DNA of 53,909 nt, the filler included, from Catajapyx aquilonaris (lineage: Eukaryota), in the NCBI GenBank assembly GCA_000934665.2. It is 2 parts of 2 records of this genome, joined end to end, with 100 filler letters (N's around TTAATTAATTAA, not from the genome) between each part and the next. Parts side by side here need not be neighbours in the genome. Positions count along the whole stretch, not along the records: positions 1 to 26,941 come from JYFJ02005143.1; 1 more part is not named here. One strand, written 5' to 3'. Positions 11,017 to 23,336 of this stretch are shown here, piece by piece. Positions within the stretch are counted from its first letter, which is position 1; every line of letters starts with the position of its first letter. A model generated the notes under the pieces. The model saw only the letters and a list, made by a program, of their open reading frames with translations. It was not told where the DNA came from and did no database searches. The translations under genes and the position numbers were made by a program.

Positions 11017-11871
11017 TCACCCATTCTCTCCCTCCCACTGCTGATCCCCACCCACTTCGAAATCCAGTAAGTTGGAAAATTTGGAGTTGGGAGAAAAAAG
11101 GGTCGAGTGATAAGGCAGGAGTAATCCTCTTAAAACCGAGTGATGCTGCAGGCAAATGGTTACATGCAGGAAAAACTCGCATCAAACCTTCTTGATGCGC
11201 AGGTAATGGGTGGTTCTACCGTGTGCGGCTTACTGACTGTGCAGCTCAGTTGATGCGCATTTTCACATGTTTCATGCCAGAGATGCTGCTCTGTAAGCTG
11301 CGCACCTTTCTGAACCGCCTTGAAGTGGCATCATGTAATGTGCCTCCTTCACCCCTAATAAGATGGGTACCATTTTGCATTTGCTACAAATTTTGGGATG
11401 GATCATCAAAGAAAATCCTGCTGGCGAGTTATTATTGGCATTAACAGAAAAATTCCATGCTCAGAGTCCATCTCTCTGTCTATTCTTCAAGCTATGGCAG
11501 ATTGGGTCACAATGGCCAAAGGATTCTCTCAAGATGCCTGGAATTTTTCTAGGCAAATCACACATACCCTGTCAGAAGCAACCACCAGTCTTACTGTTGG
11601 CATAAGTTTAAAGGAAATCTCACCAAGTGGGGAAAGAGAAAAAATCCTGAAGATGATTATCATCCCATTTCATCAGTTGCAGTGTGATGACATTTGAGCC
11701 CATAGCCAGAGAATCACTGATCACCCCACCCAAACTGACATAGCCTAGTAGAGCTGCCAGAGATGCAGACTCTGACAGCACTTGGGAGTCTCTTGCACCC
11801 CAACACAAAAATTGCTGACCCCCATCCCACACACAAAAAAAAGAAATTATCAAAAAGGGGTCCATCCTTAA

Positions 11872-12152
11872 CCCTGGAACCGTGACGTGGGGTCTTTTAG
11901 GACCCCAAAGGAATTAAAATGCATTAAAATGATAATTACAATAAACTTTTGCCATTTAAAAAAAGTATATAACAGGAAGTGCATGTTTATTTTGAATTAG
12001 CGAGCATTTTAGCCATTGTTCAAAGAATGATTGCATATAGTCAATACATCAAAAAGTATTATATAAAATTAATAAAAATTAAAATATGGATGGGGTCATT
12101 TAGACCCCTCGTCACGGTTGCTGCGACTTTCAGGCACGTCACGGTTCCAGGG
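11872..12152. mobile_element. piggyBac-like MITE
   Basis: TTAA TSD, TIR CCCTGGAACCGTGACGTG, plus an inner inverted repeat. Confidence 0.88.
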
Positions 12153-12860
12153 TTAAAGGCTAATGAAATGTTCCTAAATGCTTCATGCTTTGAACGCCCG
12201 ACTACAGGCCACATATATTCTGTGACCCACCAACCGTTCCACACGAAAGATCAATTAGAGAGAGTATCTGAGACTGCAATAATAGTTGTCATAGTTTGGC
12301 AATCTACCAGGTGTTTATTTTCCACTTTCCATTTCTTATACCAAGACATATTCACAACACGTATTTTTAAAATTAGACTTATGCAAAACAATTCGAACCA
12401 TTTCTGGTGAACTTTCAGTCACCAAGAGGGATTCTCTACTTGTTTCATGCTCACCATTTGTTTCTACAACAACAGCAACATATTACAGAATAAGTAAGTA
12501 AGGGTGGATGCAATACAACACAAGAATATTGCTTACATCACTCTCATTTTGTTCCCCAATTCATTCCCATGTTAAATTTACCCTTATTCATTCAGTTAAG
12601 TTAATTTACCCACATCTGCAGGCAATTAGCTGGAGCAGAAGAGGATAATATAAAAGGCTATATGAAATGTTGCTTCAGGGACCTGGCTGCCAAATGACAT
12701 AGTGGATGCCTAATGGCATGCCTGTTATTAGGAGGTATGACAATAATTCAAGAGAGATTCCGACATCATTTAGAACCAGTCTATTACTTGTGATGTACAG
12801 AAAATCCTTCTATCTACATGATCACCATTACGGACAATTCACGTACTCAACACAATCTAA

Positions 12861-13022
12861 AGGTGTGTTTACATGTGAGCGATTTGACGAGCGAAGTGGA
12901 GGAAAATCACGGCTGAGGCTGAGTAACCCAAGTAACTAATATTGTTGGAGGTGAAAATCGATTGTTAATTTCAGTCTCGCCGATGATTTCGCTCGCCAAA
13001 TCGCTCGCATGTAAATGCCCCT
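12861..13022. mobile_element. Harbinger-like MITE
   Basis: Imperfect TIR AGGTGTGTTTACATGTGAGCGATTTG / CAAATCGCTCGCATGTAAATGCCCCT, with TAA/TTA flanks. Confidence 0.75.
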
Positions 13023-14321
13023 TTAACCAATATCAGTAGAAATGGCATTCACAGTCCAGTTAGCCACAGAGACAGTGTTGTTGATTACTGAATTACAATA
13101 CAACTGCCCTTTGGTCTACATCAGCTAAAGTGAAGAAAAAAAACACCAATAATAAATCTGTGTATGTTACTGACCCAGCACTACAATCAATCACTCAGTA
13201 GTCTTCAGCAGACACCAGCCATGCAATGCTTCCCAAGTATTTACAACCTACTCAGGCAGCCAGCCACCCTTGCCCTACCCTTCTCCAGTAACATGAACTT
13301 TGCAGAATGGAGAGATAGCTAGCTTGGGTAACGATTTTCGGCTAGGGGGCGGTGGGGGGGGGGGGGGNAGCAGCTACTCCTCCATTTCCATTATTGACCG
13401 ACCGCTTGCCTGGAATCATCCACCCATCCAGCCTCCCCCTCCCTCACCATCAGGACACACCCCGCCCCCACACCCTCCCAAAATGCAGGTGACGGCCAGG
13501 CCAGCTGTAGACAATTGCCGTGGCATGCGCTACCCGACTTACCCACCTATGATAGGATCATATGACAGCGAGCCATGTATGTCTGGGCCTGCACAGTGCA
13601 CACTTACTTTTTGAGTTTGCTGGATATGGAGCGATAGTGCCGGAGAAAATCTCCGCGGCCACCGCTCTCCGCCATGTTGCCTTCCACCGCCTTCCACCAT
13701 CAGGCAACCTCGCATGAGTCGCATCATGGAGTCTTTACAGCTGTTATGCATAGCTATTGTTTTCACTATCAGCTCCCTGGTCAGCGCTTCTGCCCCTGAA
13801 TGTGCCAATATCGTGGTCAATATCATCTAAATTTGTTACTGCACTATGGAGTACGAAGGGCATTAATAACGCTGTTGCACCTTCCAGCCTATATTGTATG
13901 CCGTAATTATGTGCCTGTATCACGGCCTGTATGTATGAAACGCAGGCGCTAGCTCCTCGTTGTTAAGAGTCAATTTTGCCCGATAACTAATAACAGTAGC
14001 AGCTACTCTGGAAACACGACGATACTAGCGTCTGTTTCTGACTTTATGTTATCCATGCTCTCAAGATCAAGCATCAAGATGGCAGTTGGCTAGAGACTTG
14101 GGATTTGGTTGGAGGTGTATATTTTGGTCCATTCATCGTTGTATAACTCCCTTAGTGCTAGTCGTAATTACTAGTGGGGGATTTTGTACATTTGCATGCA
14201 TGTGTTATCACTGCGTACAGGAGAGCAGATGCAGAGTTTTCATGCCAACATGAGTAAGCATCACTTGGTGAGCTGCGGAGTTTGATATGAGGCGTAATGC
14301 AACACTTGGGAAGTACTATAA

Positions 14322-14429
14322 GTCCAACAAGAATTGTCGCAGCGGCAGCGCACGAACTACAATCTACGAGCACAAGTATATGAGAGACTGTAGTTCGTGC
14401 GCTGCCGCTTGCGACAATTATTGTTGGAC
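14322..14429. repeat. ~108-bp hairpin (tiny MITE-like)
   Basis: GTCCAACAAGAATTGTCGCAGCGGCAGCGCACGAACTAC and its near-perfect reverse complement, separated by a short loop. Confidence 0.8.
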
Positions 14430-14802
14430 ACCAGGTACATTTGGTTAACCCTTCTCAGGGACTCCGCAACTGGGTAGGCGAAGAAATATTTTGCACCTCT
14501 GGGTGGAGAGATATGGAAGTGACGGGGTGAGGGATGGAGCCCTTTGTGTTGGTGTGTTTCTGAGGCTTTGAGGTGACTGCACCTCACCAAATTCCCAGTG
14601 GTGTTAGTTGCTGTTAATATTTCAAACACCCATAGTAGGTGTTGCTTACATTTAGGGAATTGTATTCACATTTTCACTTGACTTGTTCTAATATTATATT
14701 TTGATTGTCATTGTCGTTCTGCTGCTGACTGTTGGACCTGGACTAGGAATGTGTTTACATTTTTACTGTAAATGTTTTTTTTTTTAACCTTGAGTGATTG
14801 TA

Positions 14803-15151
14803 CAGGGTGATTCTCACGAATGGAAACCCAAACATTCCTCAATAACTTTCATTAATTGCGGGCATCTAGAGGAAACGGGCCAGTTGCCTTGAGATGCCCA
14901 CCCGCCAAGTAGGCTGGCCGGCGGGGATGAGAGCAATCCCCGCCGGGAATCAGCAGGAGTCTTCGGCAATATGCAGACTCGGATTTAAAAATTCTTGGAT
15001 GCTGGAGGGGACCACTTTTGGTGTATATTCTTTAGTCAGACCTTGTTTGGCATGATACAAGGTAAGTACATGTCCATTTTCATTGTGAACCATACCATAG
15101 TTAAAAAGTTATTGAGGAATGTTTGGGTTTCTATTCGAGAGAATCACCCTG
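14803..15151. mobile_element. Tc1/mariner-superfamily MITE
   Basis: ~45-bp TIR CAGGGTGATTCTC..GAAACCCAAACATTCCTCAATAACTTT, TA TSDs, residual C-terminal motif LDAGGDHF. Confidence 0.88.
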
Positions 15152-16689
15152 TATGTTTGTGTGTGCATGTAATCATGTCATCTATTTCAGAGCTGCCAAC
15201 CCTCCCGCATTGGGCGGGGGACTCCCGCATTTACGTGTTCTCCCCCGCCCCCCCGCAAGCAGGGTTATTTCCCCCGCCGTAGAGATTATCGTTAAATTAT
15301 TAGATTTAGTACAAGTACTACCTCACTCAGCCCCGTGTCACTTCCCCCCTAGTTGTATGGATGCGATAGTTTCATTTCTGTGTCTCCACCAGTAGTCCGG
15401 ATGTTAAGCCACAAGAATCGACCCCACCTTGCATTTTGGTATTAAAGCATGCCGCTTTGCTGAATGACTATATGGACCCTCCCCTTCATTTTAAGAAATG
15501 TTGCCACGGTCGGAACCCGTGCAGAGGCACGATATACGTGGTGCCAACCGCTCAGGGACCGGTATAGGTGAAACTCGTTTCTGAGCGACAGAAATGTCCG
15601 ATCGACATCGGGTTTTTTACCAGTTGGGGCGGGAATGGATGCCGGACTATTCCCAATCAAAAGTTATCCTCAAATTATAATTTTCCAGCCAAAATAAATA
15701 AAAAAGCGCAAAGTGTAGTTCAAAAAAATTCAAAAAGGTCCGATGATCTGGAAACCCGTTAAAGCACCGTAGAAATGTGTAGAGATGAAATCGAAGCTCT
15801 CAATTTCAGGGTTTCTAATGATGTACTCCAGATGCCTGTGCGATAATTAGAAACCCATTAATCCCCGTAAACAAGATGGCCGGCGCGTGGCGCCTTGCAC
15901 ACCTTTACATGAATAAGGGCCTTGCATTCGGTGATAAAACACTGATAAAACATGAAACTCGGTCCAATTGGCCTTTGGACACTACTGAACATGTCTGGAA
16001 GTGAGGCCACTATGGATGACCCCGCTGGGGGTCACTCGCAGGGTTGCCTGATCTAATAGGCTCTCTAAAGTAAACTACGTGAATATAGGGAGCTTGCATT
16101 CGGTGATAAAAACGTGAAACTCGGCACGGTAGTTCTTTGAACACATCTCAACATATCTGGACGTGGGGTCACGGTGGGTGACCCCTGGTGGCCTCGCCAG
16201 GGGTCACTATCGCGGAGTTGCCAAATCGAACATGCGTTGCACACCTTTACATGAATAAGGGCCTTGCAGTCGGTGATAAAACGCTGATAAAACATGAAAC
16301 TCACCCCAATTGGTCTTTGGACACTACTGAACATGTCTGGAAGTGAGGCCACTATGGATGACCCGGCCGGGGGTAACTCGCAGGGTTGCCAGATCTAATG
16401 GGCTCTCTAAGTAAACTATGTGAATAGGGAGCTTGCATTCGGTGGCAAAGACGTGAAACTCGGTACAATATAGTTCTTTTCCCACTTCCGAACATATCTG
16501 GACGTGGAGCCACGATGACCCACCCCGATGGAGGGCACTAACGCACTATCATGGTGTTGCCATATCTGACAGAATGTGCAACATGCGTTTATATTTTGAT
16601 AGGGAGCTTGCATTCGGTGACAAAGCCATCAAACTTGGTACGTTAGTTCTTTGGACACTTCCGAACATATCTGGACGTGGAGCCACGTT

Positions 16690-17286
16690 GGGGTTGGGGT
16701 GGGATTGCCTGCCCTCCCCTACAACGTCACAGGTGCTTGGCGCAGTATAGCCATTGCTGCTGTTGCGCCATTAAGGGGGGGATAAAGAGAATTTGGGAGT
16801 AAAGTTCTCGCTAACTAACAACAGCAGAACCGATCTTTTTTTTGTGTAAGTGTAACTGACCTCTCTCTTGCACATGTACACTGTACTTTTCCCAAATTCT
16901 TAATGTAGTATTATAAAAAGTCATTTGCATTCGGGAGTAATTTACGCAGTCGTAAAATTTTAAGTTATGTCGTAACAAGCACCCAAAAATGCGGAAAAAT
17001 GAGGTGCTCCTGACCAACAAAGCCGATTTTTATAATTAACTATAACCTTTCGGCAAATAATAATTTTGTTAAAATTTGACTGATTTGAGAACTACTAGAA
17101 GTTGGGGGAACCCTAATTTTCACGGTTTTTATTGTGCCTCGAGGGAATGGTCAACCGCAAAAGCGTCCTTTCTTTTGTGTAGAGAGGGTGAGATCCACTG
17201 TCTCCTCTTTCGGCCAGAGTTGGAACTCGAAGAAGGTCCTGCTTTTCTTTATCCCAGCCTTAAACCATCAATCAATCAATCAATCA
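16690..17286 (+). mobile_element. 5'-truncated SINE-like fragment with (ATCA)n tail, interrupted at TTAA
   Basis: ...GCTGTTGCGCCATTAA|insert|ACC(ATCA)n, flanked by CCACG(T/A)TG on both sides. Confidence 0.55.
16775..17259. mobile_element. TTAA-inserted element (Kolobok-like)
   Basis: TTAA at 16771-16774 and 17260-17263; imperfect TIR GG..GGGATAAAGA.AA. Confidence 0.6.
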
Positions 17287-18427
17287 ACCACGATGACCCA
17301 CCCCGAGGGAGGGCACTATCGCAGGGTTTCCAGATTCTGGAATCCAGAATCTGCAACGTGTGTTTATAATTGAATAATGAGCTTGCATTCGGTGGGTCAT
17401 CGTGGCTCCACATCCAGATATGTTCGGAAGTGTCCAAAGAACTGACGTACCAAGTTTTATGGCTTTGTCACCGAATGCAAGCTCATTATTCAAATATAAA
17501 CACATGTTGCACATTCTGTTAGATATGGCAACCCTGCAATAGTGCCCTCCCTCGGGGTGGGTCATCGTGGCTCCACGTCCAGATATGTTCGGAAGTGTCC
17601 AGAGAACAATTCTACCAAGTTTCACGTCTTTGTCACCAAATTCAAGCTCCCTATCAAAATATAAACGCATGTTCCACAGTCTGTTAGATTTGGCAACACC
17701 ATGATAGTGCTCTCCACCGGGGTGGGTCATCGTGTCCCCACGTCCAGATATGTTCGGAAGTGTGCAAAAAACTATTTTGTACCGAGTTTCAAGTCTTTGT
17801 CACCGAATGCAAGCTCCCTATTCACATAATTTACTTAGAGAGCCCATTAGATCTGGCAACCCTGCGAGTGACCCCCAGCGGGGTCATCCATAGTGGCCTC
17901 ACTTCCAGACATGTTCAGTAGTGTCCAAAGGCCAATTGGACCGAGTTTCATGTTTTATCAGTGTTTTATCACCGAATGCAAGGCCCTTATTCATGTAAAG
18001 GTGTGCAAGGCGCCACGCGCCGGCCATCTTGTTTACGGGGATTAATGGGTTTCTAATTATCGCACAGGCATCTGGAGTACATCATTAGAAACCCTGAAAT
18101 TGAGAGCTTCGATTTCATCTCTACACATTTCTACGGTGCTTTAACGGGTTTCCAGATCATCGGACCTTTTTGAATTTTTTTGAACTACACTTTGCGCTTT
18201 TTTATTTATTTTGGCGGGAAAATTATAATTTGAGGATAACTTTTGATTGGGAATAGTCCGGCATCCATTCCCGCCCCAACTGGTAAAAAACCCGATGTCG
18301 AGCGGACATTTCTGTCGCTCAGAATCGGGTTTCACCTATACCGGTCCCTGAGCGGTTGGCACCCTGTATATCGTGCCTCTGCACGGGTTCCGACCGTGGC
18401 AACATTTCTTAAAATGAAGGGGAGGGT

Positions 18428-19008
18428 CACTGGCGTATCAAGACTCTTGGGGGCCCTGGGGCAAAAAGGTACGCGGGGCCCCCTCCATAGTAATACGCAG
18501 CAGTGGCGGATCCAGGAATTTTTCTGGGNGGGAGATTTTTTCGGTTCAAGGTCACAACCCTTCCTCGCGACCCCAAATTTGGAGTCACGACCGCAAAATT
18601 GCACTGTTCTAGAGGGTTTTTGCGAGTTTTCCACCCGGTTTTTTTTTTTGGTTCCTTTTTGCCCCCCCTACATCCGCCACTGGTGATACGTAATGATTAC
18701 GTATAAGCTATCTATTAATGTAATGATTTCTCATTTTCATTGTTTTTGTGCCATACTGATTACTGACACTGCGACTACGAGAGTCTGACAGTGAGATAGT
18801 ACGAGCTAAGACCCCGAATTGATTGGATCGAACCCGCTTTCTTACGTCTTATAGAATAATATAGAATATAAGTTATAGACGTTAGGCCTATTATGGATTT
18901 GTGGGTTTCCTCTAAATTTTCTAAAACTCGTCGGAAAATTCGGGGGCCCCTTTGCTCGGGGGCCCTGGGGCAGTCGCCCCACCTGCCCCTATGGTAGTTA
19001 CGCCACTG
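18428..19008. mobile_element. hAT-like MITE
   Basis: TIR CA(C/G)TGGCGTA with 8-bp TSD GGGAGGGT. The empty site is visible in the left Academ arm (~15475-15484). Confidence 0.88.
18501..18682. mobile_element. Small hAT-like MITE nested in 18428-19008
   Basis: TIR CAGTGGCGGAT; imperfect TSD GTAATACG/GTGATACG. Confidence 0.75.
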
Positions 19009-19312
19009 GGGAGGGTCCATATAGTCATTCAGCAAAGCGGCATGCTTTAATACCAAAATGCAAGGTGAAGTCGCTTAACCTCCGGACTACAGGCTGGGAA
19101 TTTGGCGCTAGCCGCGCTACATCGTTCGCTATCCGCCATCTTCTTCAAGGTGTACTCAAGTGGTAAGTCTGCGGAAGAAAGATCCAGCCAATCACGACAG
19201 ACTACCCGCTACCTACCACAGGAGTTGCACCTTGAACAAGATGGCGTCTTAGCGAACCATGGGACACAGAATTTATTACACTACCTTATTCGTGGAGAGT
19301 CATAGGGCTGAC

Positions 19313-19511
19313 CATGGGCATAGCCAGGGGGGGCAGCCCCCCAAATCNGCAGCCCCCCCTAAATCTCTCCCATTTTGCCCCATTTGAGGTCACGAGGAAG
19401 GGTTGTGACCTTGAACGGAAAAAATTTCCCCATGCGGCGGGTCCTGCGCCCCCTCCCCAGACACAATTTGCGTCCTGCTCCCCCCTAACCGAAATCCTGG
19501 CTACGCCCATG
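19313..19511. mobile_element. Small MITE with 8-bp TSD
   Basis: TIR CATGGGC(A/G)TAGCCAGG; TSD GGGCTGAC/GAGCTGAC. Confidence 0.8.
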
Positions 19512-19934
19512 GAGCTGACCTCACTCTAATGCTTCTGAGGAACGTGTGTTCAGTATGATTAGAAAAAACGTAGCCTATCATTAACTGGAACACTATCATC
19601 TATTATGACTGTCAAAGTGGAAAACTTAAATGCAGCCACATTTAAACCCCCTAAGGAAGTTCTTCTTACAGCCAAAAAAGCTACTGTAACCTATAACAAA
19701 GTACATGCTGGTAAGTAAATGTGCCTGAAACATTCCTATAATTTGATTTTGACTTTATATGAAAATCCCCCTCTCAGATGGCCAATCCCCCTCATTATTT
19801 CATTACCTCCCCCTCATTTTTGGGGGGTAGGGTTGGCAGCTCTGTCTATTTCATCATCCATTATGCTCTCTGCATAGCCTGACCAGTCACCAGAGGGTTC
19901 ATTGTATCGGTCAAAGGAGATGGCCACCCCTTAA

Positions 19935-21652
19935 CCCCTTGAGCCCCAGCCACCTAGAATCTAGGCGATGAGAACTCGACCACGCAGTACCAGCTACACC
20001 CGCCATCGCCTAGTTTTCTGCTTACGCTGCAAATACGGACAAGATATTTTACAAACAATAACAGCTATACTTACCCAATCCTGGAAAACCATATGAATGT
20101 GTTGGAAACAATTTTATTCCCATATAAGCCCCTTAATTAATTTCCAAACAGATCGCTGAAAAGATGAAAATCCAAGTAATACCGGCCAAGTGTTAGGCTG
20201 ATTTAATTATGAAATACGTTAAAATATACCATACGGAATAACAATCTTGAGAAGCGTGCCAGATGAATTTGCTGAAATCGTCGTACTTTTCGAGAAATAA
20301 GTATATTTGGGAGTTATCCGAAGTGACAGGCAAGTCGCACAAAAATATTAATATATTTCTGGAAAAATACGAGGGGTGATCAAAAAGTTCCCGGACTGTC
20401 GATATACCGTGCAAACCAGTGGAGCTACGAACTTGTGACGTTAGGGGGCGCTAGGTGCACCTTTCATCTATTAGTCTGAAAAATCTCGTCTTCATAGGTG
20501 CACATGTTTCCGAGTTTCGGCAGTTTTCTTGACACCGTGTTGTTGTGCTTCTGCGATTTTTCGAAATGGCTGACGTTAGGGAGCAAAAGATTTGCATTAA
20601 ATTTTGCTTCTAGCTCCACAAAACTTCGGATGCAACCTACCGAATGCTGAACAAGGCTTTTGATGAACAAGTTGTAAGACAAGCAATAACATATGAGTGG
20701 TGTAACAGCTTCAAAGGTGGCTCGCCAAGTGCGCGGCAAAATCAACTCAATGCTGATCATTTTCTTTGACATTTTAGGAATTGTGCATATGGAGTTTCTC
20801 CCTCCTGATAAAACTGTCAACGGCAATTCTTACTGCGATGGGTTGAGACGATTTAGGCTCAATTGGCCGGGGATATGGAAGAACAGAGACTGGTTGCTGG
20901 CTTGCTGCACCATGACAATGCCGCCTGCACACACCTCACGCGTAGTCAGGGACTTCCTGATAAAAAATAACATGACCACTGTTCCCCACCCTGACTGTTC
21001 GTTTGTCCTGGCACCATGTGATTTCTACCTCTTCCCTAAAATGAAATTTGGGTAGAAAAGGAGGCATTTTGACTCCACTAAAGAGGTCTAAGCAAAATCG
21101 CAGCAGGTGTTGAACACACTACTGTTGACCAATTTTTTTTTGGTGCTTCCAAAAATGGGAAATTCGCTGGAATTGTTGTATACGTGCCCAAGGTGACTAC
21201 TTTGAAGGTGGTGCAGTGGAAATTAGGACTTAAAGTAAATATTAATGTTTTTATGAACACAGTCCGGGAACTTTTTGATCACACCTCGTACAACGATTTC
21301 AACAAAGTCTTGTGGAATGGTTCTCAAGATTGTTATTCCGTTTATTTTAACGTATTTCATAATTAAATCAGCCTAACATTTGGCTGGTAGTACTTGGATG
21401 TTCATATTTTCAGCGATCTGTTTGGAAATTAATTTATGGACTTGTAGCCAAGGAAAATTGTTTCTAATATAAACGTTGTGTTTTGCATGAAAGTAAAAGT
21501 ATAGATGTTATTATTTGTAAACTATCTTATCCTTATTTGCAAGTGGAAACTGAAGCGAAAAGAATCTAGGCGATGGAGGTAAAGCTGATACGAGTGATAC
21601 CTGGTGGTCAAGTTCTCATCGCCTAGATTCTGGGCGGCTGGGGCTCTACGCG
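19935..21652. mobile_element. piggyBac-like non-autonomous element with long (~350 bp) imperfect TIRs
   Basis: TTAA at 19931-19934 and 21653-21656. Arms 19935-20290 and 21290-21652 match in reverse complement. Confidence 0.8.
20370..21288 (+). mobile_element. Internally deleted, decayed mariner (DD34D) element
   Basis: TIR CGAGG(G/T)GTGATCAAAAAGTTCCCGGACTGT with TA TSDs. Transposase remnants EQKICIKFCF.., MLIIFFDILGIVHMEFLP..TVN..YC, HHDNA and LAPCDFYLFPKMK, with stops and frameshifts. Confidence 0.93.
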
Positions 21653-23336
21653 TTAAAGCAGTGGTTCCCATCCCGATTAACCGAAGGCGTTCGAGTCAGC
21701 AAATTCAAATATGCGAGGCATGTAGTTCTGCTAGTGGCTGCTAGTGCTGTGGCACTGCAGCGCTTTCCCCCTTCCTGCCAACCACGGTGGAGGGAAAAAC
21801 GGTGTAGAAGCTTCCCTATCCCACAACGCTAGAGAGTTGAAGCCCAAAACGGGCCACGATGTTAGTTCGGTCGCCTCCCGCCAGAGGCCCTGGCGGTGAA
21901 CATCCTAGTCCTGTTTTAACAGCAGATGCATGCGGGAATTATTGCTAATGTTGACCAAATCTGCGTCTGGAGCGAATTAAACGAGGAAAAATTCTTTGAG
22001 GAAGAAAGCAGCAGGTACGAGCTATTGTGTGAAATGGTATTGCAGCCTTTTTTCTGACGTAAGTACTCACATATGGGGATGCTTTCATATCGAAATAAGA
22101 CCCGGTCCCAGCCAGCTCAGGTTTACTGCTCAGCTGTGTGGCTCACTGTATGTCTCAGCTTGTGTTCATGTTGTATATACTAACAGTAAGTTTGCCTGGT
22201 GTAGGATTATTGCAGTTTTGCGATGGAATTCGTCTCCCTGTGGTTTAGCGTCAGGTGCAGTGAAAATGTGATAGTTTTGTTTACTGCACATCACATAAAC
22301 CTTGATATAACAAGTCAAAACAGTGTAAAGAGACAAAGTGATACAGCAATTAAAGACATTACCATGAATTTGAGGTGCTGCTTAAATACAGAAAGGGGAG
22401 GGCGCGAATGTTCCCGTTCAAGGGCACATCCTGGTTGAGGATTAGCTGGTCACACGTGTTTGAAACACGGTTTGAAACATGCGGTTTGAAATATGGCACT
22501 CGAGTGTAAGGGGCAGACTCGCTGCCTTTTGGGAGCCCGGGGAATTTCTAACTTCCTCTGGCCCGCCCATCTTCGGAGAAATTGATGGCAGGTGCTGAGC
22601 ATCCCATGTCACATGTGAGACATTCTTCATCAGATTGGTCACGATGTCTATATTGTGGATTGGTAAATGATCTCATATAGGCGATCATGGATGTGGAATC
22701 GACGGGAAAGAGAATTCCCGCCGTCTACTATGCGATCATAATATTCAGCAAAAGTAGCTTGAGTAGTGCGTACAGTGTGTAGATCAAGGGTATAAAATAG
22801 TAGGTAATAAACTAATAATTATTTCAGTTTACTCAAAAGGGTCAACTCATTTATTCTATCATAATTCATATTATATGTACAGTACATCATCTTGGTACGC
22901 GTGCGGGCAGCGGTACTGAAAGGTACGGTATTTATTTTGGCATGACAAGTCCGTAGATCGTAGTTGAATACAATTACGACATTTGAATGAATGTCGTAGG
23001 AACACATCGGGCACCATTTTCAGTTTTTTCTGTCACATATTAGCAGAAAAATGAACGTAGTAGTAATGCAAGACCATATGCGCTTCCAGTAAAACAGGAC
23101 TAGATGTTGCCGTTAGCGCATCTGGCGGCCGAGCCTGCAACCATCTCCTTGTCCCCATTTTGGGCATCAGCCCCCGGGGAGAGCGCACTCACCGTTTTCC
23201 CTACATCATGCTGCCAATGGACCTATGTGACCAACCTCGCGGCGTCAGTGGCGTGTGAGCCTTCGCTTGTGACAGATCATGCTGTAGTTGTTGTACCATT
23301 CGCAATGGCGACTAAACATAAGCAGTTTTGTGTTAA

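Larger units (their letters stand above)
15393..19089. mobile_element. Academ-like non-autonomous element with very long, internally repetitive TIRs
   Basis: TAGTCCGGA...TCCGGACTA termini with 3-bp TSD CAG. More than 700 bp of near-identical inverted arms. Arrays of ~120-170-bp units (CTTGCATTCGGTGA.AAA...AAACT.GG) run forward at 15915-16690 and reversed at 17390-17990. Confidence 0.8.
15328..19310. mobile_element. hAT-like non-autonomous element inserted in the hAT transposase remnant
   Basis: Termini CAGCCCCGTG and CATAGGGCTG. 8-bp TSD ACCTCACT (15320-15327, 19518-19525); the right copy is displaced by a later MITE. Confidence 0.75.
15188..19844 (+). mobile_element. hAT deletion derivative hosting multiple nested insertions
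   Basis: TIR CAGAGCTGCCAACCCT; TCTATTT(C) duplicated at both flanks. Rejoining 15281-15327 with 19526-19718 gives LLDLVQVLPHSNASEERVFSMIRKN...FKPPKEVLLTAKKAT, the hAT dimerisation-domain motif. Confidence 0.88.

Noticed and set aside
11363..11865. Several overlapping 80-100 aa ORFs with protein-like composition
   Set aside because: No recognisable motif or convincing splice-site pair; cannot be supported without a search.
15895..17990. Regularly recurring CTTGCATTCGGTGA motifs resembling a CRISPR array
   Set aside because: The intervening sequences are themselves homologous ~120-170 bp units within a transposon TIR. No unique spacers, no cas genes, eukaryotic context.
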